DNA of 35,768 bases, counting the filler, from Candidatus Woesearchaeota archaeon (GTDB lineage: Archaea; Nanobdellota; Nanobdellia; Woesearchaeales; WAPY01), in assembly GCA_049700835.1 (NCBI GenBank). It is 3 parts of 3 records of this genome, joined end to end, with 100 filler letters (N's around TTAATTAATTAA, not from the genome) between each part and the next. Parts side by side here need not be neighbours in the genome. Positions count along the whole stretch, not along the records: positions 12,121 to 35,768 come from JBNAUL010000004.1; 2 more parts are not named here. One strand, 5' to 3'. A program made the translations under genes and the position numbers. Numbering within the stretch: the stretch's first letter is position 1; every line of letters starts with the position of its first letter. The notes under the pieces are model-generated. The model was not told where the DNA came from, made no database searches, and saw only the letters and a program-made list of their open reading frames with translations. Of the stretch, positions 27,220-35,768 are shown piece by piece.

Positions 27220-30200
27220 ATGACTTTAATAAAAAGTATTACTATGGAAGGGTTTAAATCCTTCGCAAAAAGAACAGATTTGTTCTTTGGTGAAAAATTC
27301 AATGTAATCTTAGGTCCTAATGGTTCTGGAAAATCAAACATCACAGACGCCCTTTGCTTTGTTCTCGGAAGATTGGGAAGCAAGAGTTTGAGGGCAGAAA
27401 AGACATCAAACTTGATTTACAACGGCGGAAAGAAAAAAGAGCCTGCAAAAAAAGCACTTGTATCTGTTGTCTTTGACAATTCAAAGAAGGCATTTCCAAT
27501 AGAAGGAGATGAAGTAAAGATAACAAGAATTGTAAGGCAGGACGGACAGAGCATATACAAGATAAACGACAAGAGAGTAACAAGGCAGCAAATCATTGAA
27601 TTATTATCATATGCAAAGATAGATCCCGAGGGCTACAACATCATCCTTCAAGGCGATATTGTTCGGTTTGTCAGCATGTCTTCCATAGAAATGAAGCAGA
27701 TAATTGAGGAGATAGCAGGAATATCTTTGTACGAGGAAAGAAAACAGAAGTCATTGAATGAGTTGCAGAGAGTTGAGGAGAGATTGAAAGAAGCAGAAAT
27801 AATTCTTGCCGAGAGAAAGACATACCTGAAAGAACTTAAAGACGAGAGAGATCAGGCATTAAAGTACAAGGAGCTTAAAGACACTCTTGAGAAGAGCAAA
27901 GCTACATTGGTTTATCTGCAGCTTCAGTCAAAAGAAAAGGAAATTGAAAAGATAAACAAGGAAAGCCAAAAGAGCGAGGAAGAGCTAAAAAAGGTAGGAG
28001 AGGAAATTGAAACGCTTAAAAAGAGCGAGGAAGAGATAAAGAGCAAGGTTTCAGAGATAACAAGAGAGATTGAAGAAAAGAGCGAGAAGGAACAGCTTGA
28101 CATACACAAGAGCGTTGAAGAACTTAAGGTAATCATAGCAACTGCTGAAATAAACCTGAAAAACAAAAAATCAGAAATAGAGAGGTTGAAAGAGAGGAGA
28201 GAACAGTTAAATGTTGAAATCAAGAGCATTGAAGAAGAGATAACCAATCTCAGCAAAGAGATTGAATCTCTAAAATCAGAGAAAGAAGGTGTAAGCAAGG
28301 AAATAGCAGACATTGAAAAGCACGTTAGGGAATTTGAAGAGGAACATAACATTGAAAAGGTTGTTGAACTAGAAAAAGAGGTTGAAAATTTAGATTCCAA
28401 CATCGAGAACTTGCAGAAGGAAGTTCAACAGCTCATAGAAGAAAAACAAAAACTAATGAGGGAAAAAGACAAAACAGAGGTCAGAATAGAGGAAATTGAA
28501 AGGCAGATAGAAAAGGTCAAGATAGTGGAAGAAGAGCACAAAAAAGAAATTGAAGAATTGAAAAGCAAGAAAGAGGAATTCAAGCAGACAATCCTTGAAC
28601 TCAACAAGCTGCTGAACAAGGATTCTGAACTTGCAGCTAAGAACCTTGAAAACAGGAAACTCCTTGGCACGCTGAGGGAAAGTTATGAAAGATTGAAAAT
28701 AAGAAGCATGAGCATGCAGGAAAAACTCAAACAGGATATTGCAATAAGAAAAATACTTGAACAAAAAGACAAACTTGGAAAGATTTATGGGACAGCATTT
28801 CAGCTTGGGAGCGTTGAACCAAAATACAGTTTGGCATTAGAGGTTGCTGCAGGAAATAGAATAAACAGCATAGTTACTGATAATGATGAAACAGCGGCAA
28901 AGTGTATAAAATATCTTAAGGAAAACAAGTTTGGCTATGCAACATTCCTTCCCTTAAACAAGCTGAAAAAGGCAGATTTTGACGATAAGGTAAAAGAACT
29001 CTTGAAAACAAAAGGGGTTGTGGGTTTTGCTGTTGATTTTGTAAAGTGTGATTCAAAATTCAAAAAGGTATTCAATTATGTTTTTTCAGATACAATAATA
29101 GTTGAGGGCATTGATGTTGCAAGGAGAATAGGAATTGGAAGTGCAAGAATGGTCACTCTCGACGGGGATTTGGTTGAGAAGAGCGGAGTTATGCATGGGG
29201 GATTTAAGAAAGCAAAGGCGGTTTTTCAGACAACGGAAGAAGCAAAAGCGCTCAACGAGCTTGAAGATTTGGAAAATAAAATCTCAGTGCTTGAAAAGGA
29301 AATAAGAGACGCAGAAGAGGAAAGAGAGAAAAACGAGAAGGAGATTCAGTCATTGAGGGAGAAAAAGGCAATATTTGAGGGCGAAATACTTAAAGCAGAG
29401 AAGAGCCTTCACCTTGAAGAGTCAGACCTTGATGTAAGCAAAAGGCAAAAAGCTCTTCTGAAGGAAGAACTTGAAAAGACAGAGAAGAGAATATCTGAAC
29501 TGTCAAAGCAGATAGACAGCAAGAATCTTGTTTTGAACGATTGCAAGATAAAAAAGCAAGAGCTAAGAAAGAAAATTTCTGAACTTAGAAATCCAATCTT
29601 GCTTGCAGAACTTGCAGCATTCAACCAAAAAAAATCAGAGCTTCAGAACAACATTGCAAGAATAGAGGAAAAAATAAACAGCAAGGCAGAGAGAATAAAG
29701 AACCTTGAAAATGAGAAGGAAAAGATAATTAAGATACAAAAACAGTTGATAAGGGACGAAAAAACAATAGATGAGGAACTGAAAAATCTCAGCAAGGAAG
29801 TTGAAGACAGCAAGAAAAAACTTTCCGAGAAAGAAAAGCTGCAGAAGGGCTTCTATGAGAAATTCAAAAAACTCTTTGAGGAAAGGAACAAACTTACCGA
29901 CAAAATTCAAGAATTCGAAAACCAAATTGTTCTGAAAGAAGATGCTGTCAGGAGGACAGAACAGAAGATAAACAACCTTTCATTGAAAAGGGCTTCTCTG
30001 CTTGCAGAGCAAGCGGCCCTTGAAAGAGAATTCAAGTTCTACGAAGGAGTTGAAATAATAAAGAACAGGAGTGAATCGGATTTGAAGTTTGAGGTTGAGA
30101 AGTGCGAGAAAATAATAGCAGAGATGGGAAACATAAACCTTAAGGCGCTTGATGTTTATGAAAAGATTGAAAAGGAATACAATTCCATACTCGAAAAGAA

Positions 30201-30714
30201 AGAGAAACTCTCTTCTGAAAAAAATGATGTGCTAAAAATGATAGAAGAGATAGAAGTAAAGAAGAAGGAGTTATTTTTGAAAACATTTGATGTTCTGAAT
30301 GAAAATTTCAAAAAATTCTTTTCAAAACTTAGCGCAAAGGGCGAGGCGTTCCTAAAACTTGAAAACGAGGAAAATCCTCTTGAAGAGGGGGTTGTTATAA
30401 GGGTGAAGATAACGAGCCAAAAATTCCTTGACATAAGGGCTCTCTCAGGAGGAGAAAAGGCCTTGACAGCCCTTGCTTTGATATTTGCAATTCAAGAATT
30501 CCAACCAGCGCCTTTCTACATAATGGACGAAGTGGAAGCAGCACTTGACAAGAAAAACTCTGAACAGCTTGCAAAACTGATAAGGGAATACTCTGAAAGA
30601 GCACAGTACATAGTCATATCGCACAACGATGCAATAATCTCAGAAGCAGACACATTGTTTGGAATTTCAATGGACGAGGACGGAGTAAGCAAGGTTGTTT
30701 CCCTGAAAGTTTAA
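27220..30714 (+). CDS. smc: Chromosome segregation protein SMC
   Basis: GFKSF, Walker A GPNGSGKS, Q-loop ILQGD, coiled coils, hinge (ATFLPL, VTLDGDL..SG...GG), LSGGEK, DEVEAALD, ISHN. Confidence 0.98.
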   Translation: MTLIKSITMEGFKSFAKRTDLFFGEKFNVILGPNGSGKSNITDALCFVLGRLGSKSLRAEKTSNLIYNGGKKKEPAKKALVSVVFDNSKKAFPIEGDEVKITRIVRQDGQSIYKINDKRVTRQQIIELLSYAKIDPEGYNIILQGDIVRFVSMSSIEMKQIIEEIAGISLYEERKQKSLNELQRVEERLKEAEIILAERKTYLKELKDERDQALKYKELKDTLEKSKATLVYLQLQSKEKEIEKINKESQKSEEELKKVGEEIETLKKSEEEIKSKVSEITREIEEKSEKEQLDIHKSVEELKVIIATAEINLKNKKSEIERLKERREQLNVEIKSIEEEITNLSKEIESLKSEKEGVSKEIADIEKHVREFEEEHNIEKVVELEKEVENLDSNIENLQKEVQQLIEEKQKLMREKDKTEVRIEEIERQIEKVKIVEEEHKKEIEELKSKKEEFKQTILELNKLLNKDSELAAKNLENRKLLGTLRESYERLKIRSMSMQEKLKQDIAIRKILEQKDKLGKIYGTAFQLGSVEPKYSLALEVAAGNRINSIVTDNDETAAKCIKYLKENKFGYATFLPLNKLKKADFDDKVKELLKTKGVVGFAVDFVKCDSKFKKVFNYVFSDTIIVEGIDVARRIGIGSARMVTLDGDLVEKSGVMHGGFKKAKAVFQTTEEAKALNELEDLENKISVLEKEIRDAEEEREKNEKEIQSLREKKAIFEGEILKAEKSLHLEESDLDVSKRQKALLKEELEKTEKRISELSKQIDSKNLVLNDCKIKKQELRKKISELRNPILLAELAAFNQKKSELQNNIARIEEKINSKAERIKNLENEKEKIIKIQKQLIRDEKTIDEELKNLSKEVEDSKKKLSEKEKLQKGFYEKFKKLFEERNKLTDKIQEFENQIVLKEDAVRRTEQKINNLSLKRASLLAEQAALEREFKFYEGVEIIKNRSESDLKFEVEKCEKIIAEMGNINLKALDVYEKIEKEYNSILEKKEKLSSEKNDVLKMIEEIEVKKKELFLKTFDVLNENFKKFFSKLSAKGEAFLKLENEENPLEEGVVIRVKITSQKFLDIRALSGGEKALTALALIFAIQEFQPAPFYIMDEVEAALDKKNSEQLAKLIREYSERAQYIVISHNDAIISEADTLFGISMDEDGVSKVVSLKV

Positions 30715-30771
30715 AGGTTTGATTTTGCTTAAAGCTAAAATCCAAATTTGAATAAAGAATTATACAAAATA

Positions 30772-31926
30772 TTATACAAAATCATACAATATCCTTTTGA
30801 GTTCCTGAATTGTTCTTTCAATTGAGTAATTCCTGACAACAGTGTTTCTCGCGTTTTTTGAAATTTTTTTTCTTAAATCTTCGTTTTCCATGATTAGCTT
30901 CATCTTTGAGCACAAATCAATGGGATTCTTCATTTCAAAGAACAAACCATTCTCTCGGTCTTTGATGTAATTCTTTAAATAGCCGACCTTGGTTACTATC
31001 GGAGCAACTCTGCAACTCATAGCTTCCATTGTTGACAATGAACTTGTTTCTGTCAAGGAAGGCAGAACATAAGCATCCATTGCCTGCAGAACAGGAACAA
31101 TGTTGTTTATGCTTCCAAGCCATAGAATCCTGCTTTTGTTCTTTAATTTTTCCTCGATTGACTTAAGCCCTGAACCTGCAACAATAAGTACAGAATTCTT
31201 GTTTTTCAGCATGCTGAAAGCCCTTATCAATGTAATTGGGTCTTTTTCCCTTGCCAACCTTCCAACATAGCCGAAAACAAAACTTTTAGGATTAATGCCA
31301 AGTTTTTTCTTTGCAGCGCTCTTTTTCTTTGCAGGAACAAACTTTTTAGTATCAATTCCCATGTGGACAATAATCTTGTCAGTGAAAATCCTATTGTTTT
31401 CTAATATTCTTGCAATCTCTAATGAAGGAACCAAAAGTAGAGTGCACTTGTTGTACATTTTCCTTGCAAGGAACTTGATAAAAGCAACAGAAGCCTTTCT
31501 GTAATTTCCTTTGAAACCAAGAGCCTTTGAAACCAAATCCCATTCTAAACTATGGACATAGGAAACAACAGACCTATTGTATTTTTTGGCATAATTGACA
31601 GCAAAAAAGCAGATAGGTCCCAAATCATTGCAGAAAACAACATCAGCATTTTTTACAGCAGTCTTAATAATTTTTATTTTTGGCAAGGATATTCTATAAT
31701 CAGCAAAATCAACATTCAGTAAAGGAAATTTTATTATCTTTACCTTACTGCCAGCAAATTTTGGATGCTCTCCAAAATCAGGCGCTAATATGCTTATATC
31801 AAAATCCCTGCTCAAGGAAGGAACAACCTCGTTTAGGAATCTTGCAATTCCATCCCACCTTGGAAGGAAGTTGTCAGTAGCAATCAATACCCTTTTCCTA
31901 AAAGCATACTTTTGGCTCATAATCAC
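30772..31926 (-). CDS. Glycosyltransferase family 4
   Basis: ATDNFLPRWDGI, GIDTKKF, YVGRLAREK, D.YVLPSLTETSSLSTMEAM (ExxxxxxxE), ENGL. Confidence 0.93.
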   Translation of the reverse strand: MIMSQKYAFRKRVLIATDNFLPRWDGIARFLNEVVPSLSRDFDISILAPDFGEHPKFAGSKVKIIKFPLLNVDFADYRISLPKIKIIKTAVKNADVVFCNDLGPICFFAVNYAKKYNRSVVSYVHSLEWDLVSKALGFKGNYRKASVAFIKFLARKMYNKCTLLLVPSLEIARILENNRIFTDKIIVHMGIDTKKFVPAKKKSAAKKKLGINPKSFVFGYVGRLAREKDPITLIRAFSMLKNKNSVLIVAGSGLKSIEEKLKNKSRILWLGSINNIVPVLQAMDAYVLPSLTETSSLSTMEAMSCRVAPIVTKVGYLKNYIKDRENGLFFEMKNPIDLCSKMKLIMENEDLRKKISKNARNTVVRNYSIERTIQELKRILYDFV

Positions 31927-31934
31927 AATTTTTT

Positions 31935-32597
31935 TTATTTCAGTTTGTAAAAAACCTCTGCATACCTTGACTTGCTCTGCATTCCTGAAAAAAATGCCTT
32001 TGTGTAAACGCTCCAGTAAATTGATATGAAAGTCATTACTTGGCTCTTAAAGCACTTTAATGCCTTTATTTTGTCGCCGAATGTATGGCTTACATCAACA
32101 TAAATCTTTGGCAGCCTTGTCTTCTTTATTGAAAAAGGGCTCCAAATGTCAAAGCAATAGACATCAATCTTCTTGCGAATTTCGCCAACAACCTTCAAAA
32201 CAATATTGCTCGTTATAACATGGTCAGCATTCCAGTCGTCAGGAGAATGAGTTATTATCAGAGAAGGTTTTTTCTCAAGAATTAAGCGCTTTAACTTAGA
32301 GTGGATGTCATTTTTCTTAGCGTCATTTAAGAAGTTTCCGTCCTTCAAACCAAAAAAATAATGCTCTCTTGTTCCAAGAATTTTTTGAGCGCAAAGATTT
32401 TCCTTAACCCTAACCTTAACAACCTCTCTTTTCTTTAGCCAAATATGGCTTGCCTCTCCATAAGACATTGTAACAAAAATTATATACCATCCTTCTCTAA
32501 CATGCTTTGCTATCGTTCCTCCTGCTCCAAAAACTCCGTCATCAGGATGGGCTTCTATTACCAACATAACCTTTTTTTTCTTATTTTTATCATTCAT
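31935..32597 (-). CDS. PIG-L/LmbE family N-acetyl-sugar deacetylase
   Basis: VMLVIEAHPDD...GGTIAK, GE, R..E...A..ILG, ITHSPDDWNADH, K..ALKCFKSQ. Confidence 0.9.
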   Translation of the reverse strand: MNDKNKKKKVMLVIEAHPDDGVFGAGGTIAKHVREGWYIIFVTMSYGEASHIWLKKREVVKVRVKENLCAQKILGTREHYFFGLKDGNFLNDAKKNDIHSKLKRLILEKKPSLIITHSPDDWNADHVITSNIVLKVVGEIRKKIDVYCFDIWSPFSIKKTRLPKIYVDVSHTFGDKIKALKCFKSQVMTFISIYWSVYTKAFFSGMQSKSRYAEVFYKLK

Positions 32598-32821
32598 AAA
32601 AACAAAAATAGCAGGAGCATTTTATTAATCTTTTCTTTTTTGATCCAACAACAAAACCTAAAAATTATTTTTTAAGTTAAAGAAAAAAAAGCCAAAAATA
32701 TTTAAAAATAGAGTAAATTTAAAAGCAAGAAAACAAAAAATCAAAATAATAAAATTTAAATATAAAAAGAAATTTAAAGATAATAACTGACAAAAATAAC
32801 AAGCTAACAAGAGGCACAATC

Positions 32822-33109
32822 ATGAAAGCAAACAAAGAAAAAGATGAAAATGAAAAACAAACATCTGAAAATAAGATTAAACAATCAAATAATAAAATAA
32901 AACCAAAAACAAAAAAGGAATTCTTAATTGCGCTTGCAATATTAGCAATAGCACTTATGGTCTATTTTTTATTCTTCTCAAATGCAAGAATTATTGGTAA
33001 TGAGAAAAGAAACCAAGGAACAGAGATTCCTATTGTTAGTTATTCCCAAGAAAAAGCTCAGGAGCAGCAAGAAAATCCTAGTATGAATGAAGTTAATGCT
33101 ATAATTTAG
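32822..33109 (+). CDS. Small single-TM hypothetical protein
   Basis: AGAGG RBS; charged N-terminus; TM FLIALAILAIALMVYFLFF; short polar tail. Confidence 0.6.
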   Translation: MKANKEKDENEKQTSENKIKQSNNKIKPKTKKEFLIALAILAIALMVYFLFFSNARIIGNEKRNQGTEIPIVSYSQEKAQEQQENPSMNEVNAII

Positions 33110-33844
33110 CAAAACAAATAGAATCAGAATTAAAAAATCAAAAATTCAGAAAAAGTTAAAACAAAAGAACAAAAGATTAAAAACTCAAGAACTAAAAATA
33201 AGATTAAAGAAATATAATAAAACCAAAATAATATAAGGGGATTGTTGAAAAATTTTCAAAATCAAACAACGTAAATGAAAACAGGAGCAACAAAAATAAA
33301 AAATTATAGAGAATTATAAGCATCAAATAATAAAGAGCGATTAACAAAAAGCATAAACAAACAAAACAAGTTTTTTAGAATAAAACAAATAATTTTTGCA
33401 GAAATTAATAGAAAAACGGATTGCGTTAAAAAAAGAACAATAAACAGATAATAAAATAAGAAAAGAAGAGCAGAAGATAAAGTTTAAAAAAAAATCAAGA
33501 GCGCGTAAGAAAAAGGCAAATAAAAAATCAAAAAAATCAGATTAAATAAATAAAATAATAAATAAAAGCCAAAAATAGAGAAAATCAAAAAGCATTAAAG
33601 CTCAAAATTTGTTCATAAGAAAATTTAACAGAATATTAAAAAACAAATAAAAAATAAGACAATAATAAAAAATAAAGAAAAATAGAGTGCAAAGCAGGGA
33701 TAAATGGATAAATGAGTGAAAAATAAAATAAATAAAAATATATAAAATAACAAACTAAAAAATTAATGAAAACAAAAATCATAAAAAAATTGTGCAAGAT
33801 AAAACTCAATGAAAAATCATAAAAAAGAGGTTGAAAGATGAATC

Positions 33845-35768
33845 ATGAAAGCAATAAAAATAATTAAAACAAAAATAAAAAGATTAAACCCAATAAGATT
33901 AACAACAAAACAAAAAAACAATTTAAAATAATTTTTAACAAAAAAAGAATAATTCTTGCACTCCTTGTGTTTGCATTGATTGTTACAATCTATGCGAGGT
34001 TTGTGAAAGCATATTTTCCAGATGATTGTAGTGGTGCTTGCAACGGTAATCCTCAGTACAATGTTACAAATTGCGCAAAGAATGGTGACTTGTGCGAATG
34101 CATACCCTTTATAAAAGACGGTTTAAAAGACTACAAATGGATTTCAAAAGAACCTTGCTCTTCTTCTTGTTGTAGAGGAGGAAAAACAGCTTGTAAAGTT
34201 AATAATGTATGCAAATGTGTAGATACAAATAGTGATAGTGATAATTGTGGTTCGTGTGGTNNNNNNNNNNNNNNNNNNNNNNNNNNNNNNNNNNNNNNNN
34301 NNNNNNNNNNNNNNNNNNNNNNNNNNNNNNNNNNNNNNNNNNNNNNNNNNNNNNNNNNNNAATCACCAACATCCTTTTGCGTAAATGGTAGGTGTAAAGA
34401 GTGTATAGAAGATACAAACTGTAATGATAAAAAAAAATGTGTGAACAATGTTTGTGTTGAAGTAAAATGTGAGGATAGTGGTAAAAATTACAATGATGGC
34501 GCTACGTGGTGTGATGGTAGCAATCAAAAAACTTGTAATGTTGATAATCACATAGCAACTATTGAAAAAAAGGACTGCGGGATTTTAGGTTGTAATTCTA
34601 CAACAGGTAAGTGCAACACATGTAGTAATAACAATAATTGTTGTAGTAATAACAATAATTGTCCTTCTAATCAATATTGTGATACATCTTCAAAACAGTG
34701 CAAAGATGTAATGTGTGATTCAACTCATAAAATAGGGGATAAGTGGTGTGAAGATCAAACTTTAAAGCGATGCAATTTAAAATCAGAAGGACATGCTGGT
34801 GAAATAAGTTCAACAAACTGCGAAAATGGTTGTTATAATAATGCTTGTCAAAGTAGCTCAGGCGACATTGCTTTTTTTAGAACAGAATCAGATGTTCAGA
34901 ATTGGAGAGCATCAGGAGTTTTAGATAAGAATAATCTTCCAACATGTACTCTTGCTTATTTAGGAGTAAAGGATTATGCCTTAATGCAATGCGACTCTTC
35001 TTGTAGTTTGAAACTTTACATTAATAATCAACAACAACAACTCAGCGGAAATGCAAGAATTTATAATGACATTATTTATTTACAGGCTTACCTTTCACCT
35101 GAGCCAAATTCACAAGCAACATATAAGGTTGTAATTAAAAAATCAGGTAATACTGTGAAAGAGTTTTCTGATACTTTTAAAAAGGACAATAAGCAATGCT
35201 GTCAAAGTTCTCAATTATGTACTCAAAATGATAATTGTTGTTCTGGTTTAAGTTGCAACAATAATGTTTGCACTTCAGGTCAGACTCCAACACCAACTCC
35301 TACTCCAACTCCAACACCAACTCCAGATTGTCAACAACTTCCTAATAATAACGGAAAATGCACTTATGCTTTGGGTTGTGTTAATAATAAGTGTGCTTAT
35401 AAGGATGCTGTGAATAACTGCTGTGATAATGTTCAAACTGATGATTCATGCAAAGGAAAAAGCTTGAATTCAGCATGCACTCCTCCAAACTGTACTTCTG
35501 TTTCAGGACAAATCTGTAATTCAAGTTGTTCTTCAAATTATGAGCAAGTTAGTGGTTTTTCATGCCCTTCTGAAGAACAGGTTTGTTGCAAGCCAAAACA
35601 AGTTTATACTTGCGAGCAGGACAAAGAACAAAAATGCTTTACTGGAAATTCTTGTCCTTCAGGTTATATTAATGGTTCTGGAACTTGTGCCTCTGGACGA
35701 ACTTGTTGTAAGAATTGTCCTTATTTGAGGGTTGGTTGGGATGGTGTTTCTGTTGGTTGTTGTTTGTC
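33845..35768 (+). CDS. Large secreted cysteine-rich repeat protein (spans a gap, runs off the window; 5' end out of frame)
   Basis: Frame 1 is open from 33868 to the gap and from 34363 to the end. It reads signal-like KKRIILALLVFALIVTIYARFVKA, CVDTNSDSDNCGSCG, many Cys modules and a (TP)7 linker. Missed by the ORF track. The nearby ATGs (33838, 33845) do not read into the signal peptide without a stop or frameshift. Confidence 0.8.
34261..34360. other. 100-N scaffold gap inside the Cys-rich gene
   Basis: N run flanked on both sides by Cys-rich coding sequence. Confidence 0.95.
34621..34662 (+). repeat. Perfect 21-bp tandem duplication (CSNNNNC x2)
   Basis: TGTAGTAATAACAATAATTGT twice, in frame. 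Confidence 0.9.
35284..35325 (+). repeat. (Thr-Pro)7 linker repeat
   Basis: ACW-CCW hexamer repeated seven times. Confidence 0.9.

Noticed and set aside
26994..27220. tRNA-Phe as an integration site
   Set aside because: No integrase and no duplicated tRNA 3' end seen; flanked by glyS and smc
30520..30552. SMC DEVEAALD instead of DEVDAALD
   Set aside because: This variant occurs in functional SMC proteins; all other ATPase motifs are intact
27341..30604. Many hydrophobic Ser/Phe/Leu-rich minus-strand ORFs (also antisense to trmB, rfcL and the 16767 tail)
   Set aside because: Expected antisense shadows of K/E-rich coding sequence

Overview
AT-rich archaeal genomic sequence, most consistent with a DPANN lineage such as Woesearchaeota/Nanobdellota (inferred from gene content and style, not from a search). 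The window is a patchwork: two artificial contig linkers (N44-TTAATTAATTAA-N44 at 2147-2246 and 12021-12120) and two 100-N gaps. Housekeeping content: the 3' end of a 23S rRNA, tRNA-Phe(GAA), a TrmB-family regulator, pelota, RNase P Rpp21, RFC large subunit, GlyRS, SMC, a GT4 + PIG-L deacetylase pair, and an edge-truncated GH15 hydrolase missed by the ORF track. Over half the window encodes cell-surface machinery. This includes seven proteins with class III (prepilin-like) leaders, among them a tandem pilin pair with a 123-bp identical 5' block and divergent tips. It also includes several giant Cys-rich/Ig-like proteins, a membrane-anchored protein ending in an intact M23 (LytM/lysostaphin-type) peptidase domain, a frame-disrupted tandem pair of Hint domains, and an unannotated Cys-rich protein with knottin-like and beta-defensin-like cysteine spacings. 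The best candidate for an undescribed system is a pilus-associated attachment and cell-wall-attack apparatus with variable tips; this is inference, and linkage across the artificial linkers is not established.
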